Below are positions 10,596 to 20,532 of a stretch of DNA of 64,000 nt, piece after piece. The notes beneath the pieces were generated by a model. That model was given only the letters and a program-made list of their open reading frames with translations. It had not been told where the DNA came from and ran no database searches. Every line of letters begins with the position of its first letter. Position 1 is the first letter of the stretch. A program made the position numbers and the translations under genes. The DNA comes from Sphingomonas bacterium (GTDB lineage Bacteria; Pseudomonadota; Alphaproteobacteria; Sphingomonadales; Sphingomonadaceae): NCBI GenBank assembly GCA_047602705.1, contig JASGGR010000002.1:1908-65907 (forward strand), in the 5' to 3' direction.

Positions 10596-11792
10596 TCAGA
10601 TGATCTCGAACAACCCGGCCGCGCCCATGCCGCCCGCCACGCACATCGACACGACGACGTAACGCGCGCCGCGCCGCTTCCCCTCGATCAGCGCATGGCC
10701 GGTCAGGCGGCTGCCGGTCATGCCGAACGGGTGACCGATGGCGATCGCGCCGCCGTTGACGTTGAGCTTGTCGGGATCGATCCCGAGCTTGTCGCGGCAA
10801 TAGAGCGCCTGGCTGGCGAACGCCTCGTTCAGCTCCCACAGCCCGATGTCGTCCACCGTGAGGCCGGCGCGCTCCAGCAGCTTGGGCACGGCGAAGACCG
10901 GGCCGATGCCCATCTCGTCCGGCCGGCAGCCGGCGACCTGGAAGCCGCGATAGACGCCGAGGATCGGCAACCCCTCCCGCTCGGCCGTCGCGCGGTCCAT
11001 CACGATCTGCGCCGATGCGCCGTCGGAAAGCTGGCTGGCGTTGCCGGCGGTGACGAAGCGGCCCTCCCTCACGAACTCGCCGTCCTTCCACACCGGCTTC
11101 AGCGCGGCCAGCGCCTCATAGGTGGTGCCGGCGCGCACGCCCTCGTCGCGGTCGAGCGTCACCATTTCGGTGCCCGCCTTGCTGCCATCCTTCTCGTAGA
11201 GCTGCTTCTCCACGGTGATCGGCACGATCTCCTCGGCGAAGCGGCCGGCGGCCTGACCGGTGGCGGCGCGCTGCTGGCTCAACGCGCCGAACCGGTCCTG
11301 CGCCTCGCGGCTGACGTTGTAGCGCTCGGCGACGATCTCCGCCGTCTCGATCATCTGGATGTAGATCGCCGGATCGGCCGCCCTGGCCGACTGGTTCTGG
11401 TAGCGCGGCGCATCCTTGTTGATCGTCATCGAGATGCTCTCGACCCCGCCCGCCAGCACCACGTCATTGTCGCCCGCGATGATCGAGCGCGCGGCGAGCG
11501 CGATCGCGTTCAGCCCGGAGGAGCATTTGCGATCGAGCGACATGCCCGCCACCGTGTTGGGGATGCCCGCGACCAACGGGGCCAGCCGCCCGACATTGGC
11601 CGCCTGCGTCAGCCACTGGTTGCCGACGCCCATGATGACGTCGTCGATCCGCGCGGGATCTATGCCAGCGCGCTCGACGGCCGCCTTTGCGACATGGCCG
11701 GCGAGCGCGGGCGCCTCGGTCATGTTGAAGGCGCCGCGATAGGCCTTGCCGATGCCCGTGCGGGCGGTGGAAACGATGACGGCTTCGCGCAT
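10596..11792 (-). CDS. acetyl-CoA C-acyltransferase (thiolase)
   Basis: [31 protein letters not shown]. Confidence 0.93.
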   Translation of the reverse strand: MREAVIVSTARTGIGKAYRGAFNMTEAPALAGHVAKAAVERAGIDPARIDDVIMGVGNQWLTQAANVGRLAPLVAGIPNTVAGMSLDRKCSSGLNAIALAARSIIAGDNDVVLAGGVESISMTINKDAPRYQNQSARAADPAIYIQMIETAEIVAERYNVSREAQDRFGALSQQRAATGQAAGRFAEEIVPITVEKQLYEKDGSKAGTEMVTLDRDEGVRAGTTYEALAALKPVWKDGEFVREGRFVTAGNASQLSDGASAQIVMDRATAEREGLPILGVYRGFQVAGCRPDEMGIGPVFAVPKLLERAGLTVDDIGLWELNEAFASQALYCRDKLGIDPDKLNVNGGAIAIGHPFGMTGSRLTGHALIEGKRRGARYVVVSMCVAGGMGAAGLFEII

Positions 11793-11796
11793 ATCC

Positions 11797-12168
11797 TCAA
11801 AATCCCTGCATGTTGTCGGGGCCGAAATAAGCACGCATCTCGGCGATCTTGCCAGCCTCATCGAAGCGGAAGGTGTCGATCACATCCACGCGCTTCCCGC
11901 CGCCGTAATTCAGCGTCACGGAAAAGGCGAAAGCGGCATGATCGGCGGCGGTGCGCACCGGCCCTTCGAGCGTCAGCTTCGCGCCGGTCGCCATCGACGC
12001 GGCATAGAACGCACGGATCGCGTCGCGCCCATGATGCGCGGGCGAACCGACCGGGTCCTCCACCGTCGCATCCTCGGCGAACAGGGCGACGACCGCCTCC
12101 GGGTCCCCCTTGGCGAACGCCGCGATATAGGTTTCGACTACGCGGACCTTGTCCTCATGGCTCGGCAT
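11797..12168 (-). CDS. ksi: steroid Delta-isomerase (ketosteroid isomerase, NTF2 fold)
   Basis: Tyr14, ATVEDPVGS (catalytic Asp38), [14 protein letters not shown]. Confidence 0.9.
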   Translation of the reverse strand: MPSHEDKVRVVETYIAAFAKGDPEAVVALFAEDATVEDPVGSPAHHGRDAIRAFYAASMATGAKLTLEGPVRTAADHAAFAFSVTLNYGGGKRVDVIDTFRFDEAGKIAEMRAYFGPDNMQGF

Positions 12169-12249
12169 GGTTTCTCCTGATCGGGGATGACGGCTTGCCG
12201 GGCGACCTCCGCCGTCTGGAGGAAACCGGCTGCCGGAGGGCCGCGCTTT

Positions 12250-13326
12250 TCACGAAACCGGCCCTGCCGTCATCGCGGGATAGTCGATATATCCCGCCGC
12301 TTCCCCGGTATAGAGCAAGGCATAATCCGGCTTCGCCAGCGCCGCGTCGGCGCCGATGCGCGCCACCAGATCAGGATTGGCGATAAAGGCGCGGCCGAAC
12401 GATATGGCGTGCGCCCGCCCCGCCGCGATCACCCCGCGCGCACTGTCGGCCTTCAGCATGTTGTTGGCGATGATCGCGCCGGACCAATGGTCGCGCACCA
12501 TCGCCAGCGTATCGAGATCGGGCAGGTTCATGTCCACGACATGGACATAGGCAAGCCTCAGCCCGTTCGACATTTGGAGGAAGGGGATGAACGTCCCCGC
12601 CGGATCGGCCGGGTCCATGCCGTTATAGGGATTGCCCGGCGAGATGCGGAAGCCCACCCGGTCGCCGCCGATCGCATCCGCCATGGCCGCCAGCACCGCC
12701 ACCGGGAAACGCGCGCGATTCCCGGCGCTGCCGCCCCATTCGTCGGTGCGAAGGTTGCTCGCGGGGTTGAGGAACTGGTTGATGAGATAGCCGCTCGAAC
12801 AATGCAGCTCCACGCCGTCCATCCCCGCAAGGCGGGCATTGCGGGCGGCCTGCGCGAACTCCGCGGCGATCGCCGGAAGCTCCGCCGCATCGAGCGCGCG
12901 CGGCATGTCGGTCGCAACCGGAACGCCGTCCGGCCCCGGCACGGGAGCGGGGCAGGAAATGGCCGACGGCGCGATGACGTCCGCCGCGAAGCCGCGATTG
13001 GCCGCCACCACCACGCGCCCGCAATGCATGATCTGCATCACGATGCGGCCGCCCTCGGCATGAACCGCATCGGCCACGCGCCGCCAGCCCTCGATCTGCG
13101 CGTCGCTGTAAATGCCGGGCGTCCGCCAATAGCCCTTGCCGATCGCGCTGGGCTGGACGCCTTCGGTCACGATCAATCCGGCGGTGGCGCGCTGGCGATA
13201 ATATTCCACCATGATATCGCCGGGCACGTCATCCGGCCCGGCACGATCGCGCGTCATCGGCGCCATGACGATGCGGTTCTTCAGGCGGAGGGCGCCCAGC
13301 GCCACCGGCTCGAACAGCACGTCCAT
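12250..13326 (-). CDS. Old Yellow Enzyme family alkene reductase
   Basis: NRIVMAPMTR, DGVELHCSSGYLINQF, RTDEWGGS, FGRAFIANPDL. Confidence 0.92.
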   Translation of the reverse strand: MDVLFEPVALGALRLKNRIVMAPMTRDRAGPDDVPGDIMVEYYRQRATAGLIVTEGVQPSAIGKGYWRTPGIYSDAQIEGWRRVADAVHAEGGRIVMQIMHCGRVVVAANRGFAADVIAPSAISCPAPVPGPDGVPVATDMPRALDAAELPAIAAEFAQAARNARLAGMDGVELHCSSGYLINQFLNPASNLRTDEWGGSAGNRARFPVAVLAAMADAIGGDRVGFRISPGNPYNGMDPADPAGTFIPFLQMSNGLRLAYVHVVDMNLPDLDTLAMVRDHWSGAIIANNMLKADSARGVIAAGRAHAISFGRAFIANPDLVARIGADAALAKPDYALLYTGEAAGYIDYPAMTAGPVS

Positions 13327-13374
13327 TATGCGAATATCCTGCCCAAGCGGCGCTCGACCATTCCGAAACCCGCC

Positions 13375-14454
13375 CTACGCGGCCTCCGTCCACGGGTCCT
13401 GCTGCGTGCCCTTCGTGACCAGCCGGCCATTGACGCGGTTCTGGAACTCGGCCGCCCGCGCACGCGGGTTGTAGAATTGCTTGTACCAGATACGGACCTT
13501 GTGGAACGGGCCGTCGCCCTGCACCATCATCGGGTGGATGCATGCGCGCTTGTTGCCCCAGATCTCGAAATCCTGCGCGAAGGCATCGACGCCGGCCTGC
13601 TCATAGCCGGCGGCAACCGCGCGATCCGCTTCGGTCGGCACGTCGTTCGGCACCTTCACCAACAGGCCGTACCACACCTTCACCACGCCATCGTCGACCG
13701 GCGTGTGCGCGATCAGCATGTGCGAGGGATATTCGCCGATCATCACCGATTGCAGGATGCCGGGGCCGGCATACCAGGTATCGTTGGTCATCGGCGCGCT
13801 GCCGTCGCCTGCCAGCGTCTTGTGCCCGGCGGTGAGGATCTGGCGGCAACTCACGCCGTCGAACTCGTTCTCGAAGGACACCATGTCGATCGAGCCGTGG
13901 ACCGGCCCGAGATGGGCCTTGTCCGCCATGTTGTCGACGATCTCCTGCGGGTGGGAGGCAAGCTCGCCGAGCGTGCGGATGGTCCAGTTCACCCAGCCGG
14001 GCGCGTCATATTTGTCGAACGCGGGCAGGTCGTAATCCGGCTCGCCCCCTTCGGGATCATACCACGTCCAGATGCAGCCGGCGCGCTCCACCAGCTTCCA
14101 TGACTTGAGGCAGGCCGCCTTGGGGATCGCCGCGGGAGAATAGGGAATCTCATCGCACTTGCCGTCCGGCCCGAAGCGCCAGCCGTGATAGGGGCAGCGG
14201 ATCGATTCCCCCTCGACGTGCTCCTTGTCCTTGATGACATAGCTGGTGCTGTTGTTCGCGAGGTGCGTGCCCATGTGCGGGCAATAGGCCTCGACCATAT
14301 AGGCCTGGCCGGACTGGCCGCGATACAGCACCCAATCCTCGCCGAAATAGCGCACGCCGATCGGCACGCCCGCGACCTCGTCCGACGCCGCAACCATGAA
14401 CCAGCCGCGCGGGAACGTGAACTCGCCGAGGCGGTATTCGGCCGTGGTAGCCAT
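13375..14454 (-). CDS. kshA: Rieske oxygenase, 3-ketosteroid 9alpha-hydroxylase oxygenase-like
   Basis: FPRGWF, CPH...CPYH Rieske ligands, DNMADKAHLGPVH iron site, QDFEIW, GDGP. Confidence 0.82.
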   Translation of the reverse strand: MATTAEYRLGEFTFPRGWFMVAASDEVAGVPIGVRYFGEDWVLYRGQSGQAYMVEAYCPHMGTHLANNSTSYVIKDKEHVEGESIRCPYHGWRFGPDGKCDEIPYSPAAIPKAACLKSWKLVERAGCIWTWYDPEGGEPDYDLPAFDKYDAPGWVNWTIRTLGELASHPQEIVDNMADKAHLGPVHGSIDMVSFENEFDGVSCRQILTAGHKTLAGDGSAPMTNDTWYAGPGILQSVMIGEYPSHMLIAHTPVDDGVVKVWYGLLVKVPNDVPTEADRAVAAGYEQAGVDAFAQDFEIWGNKRACIHPMMVQGDGPFHKVRIWYKQFYNPRARAAEFQNRVNGRLVTKGTQQDPWTEAA

Positions 14455-14560
14455 CTGCCCTCTCCTGTGATCCTGTTGCCGCCGGGCTTATCATGAAGCG
14501 CAGCTCAAAGACAAGAGATTCGGCGCGATCCATAACGATCTTCGCAAAACAGAGGCGATT

Positions 14561-14590
14561 TGCGTAGATCTCCGCGCAATCACCTACGCA
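14561..14590. promoter_or_regulatory. CGTA-N18-TACG dyad, site 1 (upstream of the kshA operon)
   Basis: TGCGTA-GATCTCCGCGCAATCACC-TACGCA; overlaps the stop codon of the Lrp gene. Confidence 0.7.
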
Positions 14591-15081
14591 TCGCTAGACG
14601 CGATCCACTTTTCGCCGCCGTTCGTGATGCGCACGATGCGCGGATCGTATTTCACGGTGCGCACCGCGATCGAGGTTTCGACATGGTGGACGCCGGGCAT
14701 GCTGAGGATCAGATCGGACGCAATCTCGTACAGCTGGTCCAGCTCGCTGAAGAGGCAGATGGCGAGGACGTTGAACCGCCCCATCACAATCATCACGCTG
14801 CTCACCTGCGGCAGATCGGCGATGTTGCGCGCGATCTCGCGGACGTTCATCACATCGGCCTGGATGGCGATGAAGGCGAGCCTGGTGGTCTCGATCAGAT
14901 CGAAGCTGGTGATCGCGGTGAAGGCGATCAGATTGTCCTGCTGCAACCGTTTGATCCGGCCGCGCACGGTGCCTTCGGTCACGCCGAGATCGGCGGCAAT
15001 CTTGCGGTTGCTGACGCGGGCATCGCGCGAGAGCAGGTCGATCAGCTTGCGATCGAGGTCGTCCAGCTGGGGCAGGGTCAT
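14584..15081 (-). CDS. Lrp/AsnC family transcriptional regulator
   Basis: LDDLDRKLIDLLSRDARVSNRKIAADLGVTEGTVRGRIKRL HTH plus C-terminal RAM-type domain. Confidence 0.92.
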   Translation of the reverse strand: MTLPQLDDLDRKLIDLLSRDARVSNRKIAADLGVTEGTVRGRIKRLQQDNLIAFTAITSFDLIETTRLAFIAIQADVMNVREIARNIADLPQVSSVMIVMGRFNVLAICLFSELDQLYEIASDLILSMPGVHHVETSIAVRTVKYDPRIVRITNGGEKWIASSDA

Positions 15082-15554
15082 CGCGACACGCGCTCCTCGA
15101 TGGGAGCGACGTCGAACTGGTATTTCACCACATCGACCGCGATCGCCGGCACCATCGAGCGGATGCCGCTGATCTGCGAGAACTTTTCCAGCAGCAGATG
15201 CGGCAGGTCGTCGAACTCGCGCAACGCGACGAGGATGTCGATGTCGTAACGTCCGGAGACGAGATGCGCGGCGAACACTTCCGGGAATTTCGCCAGCTCG
15301 GCGGCAACATCGGAGGCGGGGCGCCCATCCACCTCGATCGCTACCTCCATCAGCAGATTATAGCCATGCGCCGCGAAATCCGAGACCGCGACGACGCGGA
15401 GCAGGTTCGCCTCCTCCATGCGCCGGATACGGGAGGATACGGTCGCGGCCGTCAGCCCCAGGCCGTCGGCGATCTGCTGGTTGGTGCAGCGCCCGTTCTC
15501 CCGCAGCAATGCCACGATGCTGCGGTCGACATCATCGATCGCGACCGATTCCAC
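15078..15554 (-). CDS. Lrp/AsnC family transcriptional regulator
   Basis: IDDVDRSIVALLRENGR...TVSSRIRRME HTH, SGRYDI; probable GTG start at 15554; stop overlaps the next ATG (ATGA). Confidence 0.9.
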   Translation of the reverse strand: MESVAIDDVDRSIVALLRENGRCTNQQIADGLGLTAATVSSRIRRMEEANLLRVVAVSDFAAHGYNLLMEVAIEVDGRPASDVAAELAKFPEVFAAHLVSGRYDIDILVALREFDDLPHLLLEKFSQISGIRSMVPAIAVDVVKYQFDVAPIEERVSR

Positions 15555-15638
15555 TATCCGAAGCCCTTTCCAAGACGCCGCCCCGTCCTGCGACGATCTT
15601 CCTCTCCGGGTCAAGCGCCAAGCCGGGCCGGCGCGCAC

Positions 15639-16913
15639 TCAACCGTCCAGCGCCACGAGCCTCTCGCGATCGGCGATCAGCGAGCGGCGCGCGCGCCAGA
15701 TCAGCCATGCCCCGACGAACCCCAGCGGCATCACGATGCTGAGGCCGATCCTGAGGCTGTGCGTCGGATCGCCGCCCACCGCGTCGCTCAGCGTCCCGGC
15801 CAGCCACGGCCCGCCGACCGTGCCGAGCAGGTTGACCGCCAGCATCCCCAGCGCGGTGCCGGTGGCGCGGATACGGTCCGGCAGCAGGTTCTGCAGCGCC
15901 ACCACCACGCCGACGGCCCAGCCGCCACCGAGCAGCCCGCACGGCACCGCCAGCCAGCGCGCGACGCCCAGCGTGGGCGTCCATGTCACGATCACGATCA
16001 GCGCCGTCGCCGACGCCAGCGCGATCGCCGCGAGGCGCAGCGGCGCGGCCGGTTCCCGCTTCGACATGCGATCGGCCAGCGCGCCGAAGAACAGCATGCC
16101 GATCAGCCCGGCGATGCCGAACGCCAGCCCGAACAAGGTGCTCGCCTGCTTGATCGGCAGCGCATAGGCGCGCGCGAACAATGTCGGCCCCCATAATCCG
16201 AACGAAAGCCCGGACAGCACGCCCAGCGCCATCCCAGCCATCATCGCGCGATAGCTCGATATCCCCAGCAATTGCGCGGAGAGGGCGGCGAGCCGGGGCG
16301 GCTTCACCTCCTCGTGCAGGACGACGCGGCGCGGCTCGCGGATCAGCAGCATCGAGATCAGCCCGATCGCCAGCCCGCACACGCCCATCACGATGAAGGG
16401 ATAGCGCCAGGTCGCGTTCGCCGCGAGCGCGGGGCCGACGACATAGCCAAGGGTCTGCCCGATATAGGTGTTCAGCCCGATGATCGCGAAGGCACGGCCG
16501 CGCTGCTCGGGCACGAAATAGGCCGCGATCAGCGCATAGGCCGGGGCCTGGAACGCCGCCTCGCCGATGCCGACGCCGACGCGCGCACCGGCGAGCGTCC
16601 ACGGCCCCTGCGCCAGCCCGGACGCGGCGGTGAACGCGCTCCACACCAGGCAGCCGATGCCGATGATCGCGATGCGCGACATCCGGTCCGCCGCGCGCGC
16701 GATCGGGATCGCCAGCAGCGAATAAAGCAGGGCGAAGGCCGGCCCCATGAGCAGCCCCATGAAGCCGTCGCCCACCTTGAACTCCTGCTTGATCGGCTCG
16801 ACCAGCCCGGCGAGCAGGAAGCGATCGCCCTGGTTGAACAGGCCGACGCCCAGCAACAGGAACAGCACGACCCATTTGTTGCTGAGCCGGGGAGATTCGG
16901 CGCCGCGCGTCAA
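15639..16913 (-). CDS. MFS transporter (spinster-like)
   Basis: NQGDRFLL, ADRMSR motif A, ARVGVGIGEA; TTG at 16913 overlaps the SDR stop. Confidence 0.87.
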   Translation of the reverse strand: MTRGAESPRLSNKWVVLFLLLGVGLFNQGDRFLLAGLVEPIKQEFKVGDGFMGLLMGPAFALLYSLLAIPIARAADRMSRIAIIGIGCLVWSAFTAASGLAQGPWTLAGARVGVGIGEAAFQAPAYALIAAYFVPEQRGRAFAIIGLNTYIGQTLGYVVGPALAANATWRYPFIVMGVCGLAIGLISMLLIREPRRVVLHEEVKPPRLAALSAQLLGISSYRAMMAGMALGVLSGLSFGLWGPTLFARAYALPIKQASTLFGLAFGIAGLIGMLFFGALADRMSKREPAAPLRLAAIALASATALIVIVTWTPTLGVARWLAVPCGLLGGGWAVGVVVALQNLLPDRIRATGTALGMLAVNLLGTVGGPWLAGTLSDAVGGDPTHSLRIGLSIVMPLGFVGAWLIWRARRSLIADRERLVALDG

Positions 16914-17668
16914 TCGCGCATCTGCATCCCGCCGTTGACGTGCCATACCTGCCCGTTCACCCATTCGCCGTCCTCCGATGCGAGAAACGTCACCGCCGCG
17001 GCGATATCGTCCGGCTTGCCCAGCCGTTGATGCGGCACGCGGCGGAGGCTCTGCTCCGCCTGTTCCGCCGTCAGATGCTCCTTGACCGCTTCGGTCAAGA
17101 CCACGCCGGGGCAGATCACGTTGGCGCGGATGCCCTGCTTGCCCCAGCGCGCCGCGACATGCCGCGCGAGCGCGTGGATGCTGTTCTTGGTCATCGGATA
17201 GGCGACCTGCCACGGGCTGCCGCCCGACGCCGCGCCCGACGAGGTATAGATCATCGCGCCGCCGCCGCGCTCCAGCAGCACTGGCAGCGCTGCCTGCGTT
17301 GCGATCAGGTGGCTCTTGGCGTTGATCGCCACGGATTTGTCGAACACCTCCAGCGGGCAATCGAGCGCATCGACGTCGCCCTGCGTGCCGCCCGCGAGAT
17401 TGGAGTGATAGAAATCCAGCCCGCCGAATTCCGAAACCGCCGCCGCCACGATCGCGGCCTGCGATTCGGGCGAGGTGCCGTCGAGTTGCACGCCGATCGC
17501 CTTGCCGCCTTGTGCGCGTATATCGGCCGCCACTTCCCCGGCCCAGTCACCCGCGATATCGCCGACCACGACCGAGGCGCCCTCCGCTGCGAGCCGCCGC
17601 GCCGTCGCCGCGCCGATCCCGCGCCCGCCGCCCGCGACGATGCCAACCTTGCCCGTCAATCCTCGCAT
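16910..17668 (-). CDS. SDR oxidoreductase (hydroxysteroid dehydrogenase candidate)
   Basis: AGGGRGIG, YPMTK. Confidence 0.9.
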   Translation of the reverse strand: MRGLTGKVGIVAGGGRGIGAATARRLAAEGASVVVGDIAGDWAGEVAADIRAQGGKAIGVQLDGTSPESQAAIVAAAVSEFGGLDFYHSNLAGGTQGDVDALDCPLEVFDKSVAINAKSHLIATQAALPVLLERGGGAMIYTSSGAASGGSPWQVAYPMTKNSIHALARHVAARWGKQGIRANVICPGVVLTEAVKEHLTAEQAEQSLRRVPHQRLGKPDDIAAAVTFLASEDGEWVNGQVWHVNGGMQMRD

Positions 17669-17689
17669 CGTCTCATGCCTTCAAGAAAC

Positions 17690-17724
17690 GGGGCGCGATC
17701 CCGAGGGAACAAGGATCGCGCCCC
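17690..17724 (-). terminator. hairpin downstream of the TonB receptor gene (partial terminator or mRNA-stabilising stem)
   Basis: 12-bp stem GGGGCGCGATCC/GGATCGCGCCCC followed by GTTTCTT on the minus strand. Confidence 0.55.
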
Positions 17725-17734
17725 TGGCCTGACC

Positions 17735-20287
17735 TCAGAAATTGAACCCGACCGTCGCGCCATAGGTGCGCGGCTCGCCATAATAGCCACCCGCATAGCC
17801 GAGCTGGCCGAAATCGATCGCGCGGACCAGATAATGCTCGTTCGTCAGGTTCTTGGCCCAAAGCTTCACCTGCGCCTTCATCCCGCCGATCGAAACCTTG
17901 TCGAGGATGATCTGCGCATCGAACAGGTTCTGCGCGTCGCTGCGGATGATATTGTTGTACGGCGCGGACAGCACGTTGTTGAAGCTGTATTGCGGCGACA
18001 GATAGGTGTAGCCGATGCGCCCGATCAGCATCGTCCCCCCGCTCCCGATCGGGAACTTGGCGTTGAAAGCCGCATTGCCGGTATAGTTCGACGTATAGGT
18101 CGAGTGCGCGATCGAGGCCGCGTTGATCGCGGGCGCCCCCGGCAGCGTGGTCGCGTAGATGTTCAGCTGCTTGTAGTTTATGTCGATATAGCCGAAATTG
18201 CCGTCGATCGAGAAGTTGTCGGTCAGGATCGCCTGTCCCTCGATCTCGATGCCGGCGTAATCTACGCTGCCCGCGTTGATGATCCGGGTGTTGAACGCGC
18301 CGCCGGTCCCCGTCGCCGGAACCGGGACGACCACCGCCTGATTCTTGTATCTGTTGTAATAGCCGGCGACGTTGAACCGCAGGTGGCGGTTGAACAGCTC
18401 GCTCTTGAGGCCCAGTTCGTAGGACGTGACCGTCTCCGGCTTGAACGCGGCCAGCGGCGGCGTGTCGGCCGGATTGAACCCGCCGGAGCGATAGCCGCTC
18501 GCCGCGCGGGCATAGACGCTGATGTCGCGATCGAAGGCGTAGCGCGCCATCGCGTTCCACGTCAGCCGCGAGAAGCTGGCATGCTCGCTATCCGGCCGGG
18601 CGAGCGGCGCGGCGCCGTTCTGGAACAGGATGATGCTCTTGTTGTCCCAGGTGTAGCGCAGGCCGCCGGTCAGGCTGAGCGGCGCATCGCGGCCGCCGAC
18701 ATAATAGGTCGCCTGACCGTAGAGGGCGGTCGATTCGGCGGTGGTCAGGTAGTTCACCAGCGAGTTGGTGACGACCATCCGATAGCGCGCGGGATTGGCG
18801 GCGGCGAACTGCGCGGCGAGCGCTCCGAAGCTGCCCGGGGTGAACACCGCCTTATCGGTATCGAGGATATAGCCCGAATTCTGCGGGTTATATTCCGAAC
18901 CCTTCTCGTAGAAATAGAAGCCGCCGACGACCCAGTCGAGATTGTCGGTGTCGCCGGAAACCTCGACCTCCTCGCTGAACTGCTTCTGCTTGCGGAAATC
19001 CTGCGTGCTGAACAGGTCCTGCGTCGTGGTCGGCACGGGCGAGGCCGCGATATAGGGAGCTGCGGCCGCCGGGATCGACGGGATATAGGCCAGCAGGGCG
19101 GCGGGCATGCCGTTGAACAGCGATGCCTGGGTGTAGAGCGGCCCCGTGATCTGGCCCAGCCCGTCCATGTCGGAGCCGTAATTGTCGCTGTGCCAGATGC
19201 GATAGCCGGTGGTGGACTTCACCTTGAACCCGCCGAAATCGTTCTGGACCTGGAGGTTGTGGCCCCAGATCTGGTCACGCGCGCCGATGTCGCTGTTGAA
19301 GCACACCTTGTCGCGATAGGCATGGGTCGGCGCGGCCAGCGCGGCGCAGGCCGGGTTGGCGAACGTCACCTCGTTGAGATAGCCAGTAACCGGCGCCTGC
19401 GGGGTCAGCGGCACGGACAGCCCATCGACCTGCACGGGCGGCATCGCCGACCCGTCCGAGGCGTTGATCATCTGGAAGCTATAGGAATTGCCGCGCACGT
19501 TCGAATAATCGAAGATGTACTTGATGCTGCCGGTGCCGCCGATATTGGCCTTGAACGCGGCGCGGAACGCATCCTGCTGGCGCGCGCCCGGGTCCTTCAG
19601 GCGGCTGGGCTGCAGGATGTTGTCGACATAGCCGAAATGCTGGCTGTGCGAATAGCTGAAGGTGGAGCTGATCCCCATGATCTCGCCCGGATCGATCGAG
19701 GCGCGCGCGTTCCACTGCCCGTAATTGCCCATGCCGGCGTTGACGCTGCCCCGGAACGTGCTGGACGGATCGCGCGAGACGAACGAGATCGCGCCGCCCG
19801 TGGTGTTGCGGCCGAACAACGTGCCCTGCGGCCCGCGCAGGATTTCCACGCGCTCCAGGTCCATCACGTCGAGCGCGGCCGCGCCCGAGCGCGCGATATA
19901 GACGCCGTCGACATACAGGCCGTTCGCCTGATCGAGGCTGAGCGATTCCTGCGCGCCGCTGGGGATGCCGCGGATCGAGATGACGCCCGCCACCATGCTG
20001 TTGGCCGGCGGAGAGATCGAGACGTTCGGCGCAAGGCCGGAAATGTCCTCGGAATTGGTGATGCCGAGCTGCGCGACCTTCTGCTCGGAAATCGCGCTGA
20101 TTGCCAGCGGCACCGCCTGGAGGTTCTGTTCGCGCTTCTGCGCGGTGACGACGATGTCGGCCAGCCCCGATCCGCTGCTTTCAGCGGCGGCCTGCTGCGC
20201 CTGTTCCTGCGCGAAAGCCGGCGTGGCGATGGCAAGCGCGCTGACGCCTCCCACAAGCCACAGACCAAATTTCCTCCCCTTCAGCAT
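17735..20287 (-). CDS. TonB-dependent receptor
   Basis: Signal peptide ending AFAQ, DIVVTAQKR TonB box, ERVEILRGPQGTLFGRN, C-terminal aromatic Phe. Confidence 0.96.
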   Translation of the reverse strand: MLKGRKFGLWLVGGVSALAIATPAFAQEQAQQAAAESSGSGLADIVVTAQKREQNLQAVPLAISAISEQKVAQLGITNSEDISGLAPNVSISPPANSMVAGVISIRGIPSGAQESLSLDQANGLYVDGVYIARSGAAALDVMDLERVEILRGPQGTLFGRNTTGGAISFVSRDPSSTFRGSVNAGMGNYGQWNARASIDPGEIMGISSTFSYSHSQHFGYVDNILQPSRLKDPGARQQDAFRAAFKANIGGTGSIKYIFDYSNVRGNSYSFQMINASDGSAMPPVQVDGLSVPLTPQAPVTGYLNEVTFANPACAALAAPTHAYRDKVCFNSDIGARDQIWGHNLQVQNDFGGFKVKSTTGYRIWHSDNYGSDMDGLGQITGPLYTQASLFNGMPAALLAYIPSIPAAAAPYIAASPVPTTTQDLFSTQDFRKQKQFSEEVEVSGDTDNLDWVVGGFYFYEKGSEYNPQNSGYILDTDKAVFTPGSFGALAAQFAAANPARYRMVVTNSLVNYLTTAESTALYGQATYYVGGRDAPLSLTGGLRYTWDNKSIILFQNGAAPLARPDSEHASFSRLTWNAMARYAFDRDISVYARAASGYRSGGFNPADTPPLAAFKPETVTSYELGLKSELFNRHLRFNVAGYYNRYKNQAVVVPVPATGTGGAFNTRIINAGSVDYAGIEIEGQAILTDNFSIDGNFGYIDINYKQLNIYATTLPGAPAINAASIAHSTYTSNYTGNAAFNAKFPIGSGGTMLIGRIGYTYLSPQYSFNNVLSAPYNNIIRSDAQNLFDAQIILDKVSIGGMKAQVKLWAKNLTNEHYLVRAIDFGQLGYAGGYYGEPRTYGATVGFNF

Positions 20288-20351
20288 CTGCTCTCTCCTA
20301 AGCAAAGCGGGCGTCTGATGCACCTTTGACACGCACGCACTTTTCGCGATT

Positions 20352-20381
20352 TGCGTAATTCATGTCAATATGAATTACGAA
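20352..20381. promoter_or_regulatory. CGTA-N18-TACG dyad, site 2 (upstream of the TonB receptor operon)
   Basis: CGTAATTCAT-GTCAAT-ATGAATTACG with perfect 10-bp arms. Confidence 0.75.
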
Positions 20382-20532
20382 GATAGTAGGTATATATGGC
20401 ATTTTCTCCTCTGTTGCGTTTCTTATTTGCATCAGAAGGAGCAATTTCCGCATCCGAACCAGCGCATAAGGGATGGCGCTCGCCCGCCCCTGTCGCGGGC
20501 GGGCGGCGCGATGCACCTTTGGGTCGGCGGCC

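Noticed and set aside
16940-20329. 1129-aa plus-strand ORF
   Set aside because: Antisense shadow of the TonB receptor and SDR genes; Arg/Ala-rich with no motifs, as expected from high GC3 codon bias.
20481-20505. GC hairpin after the amidase gene
   Set aside because: A 9-bp stem with no U-tract in very GC-rich DNA; not distinguishable from chance.
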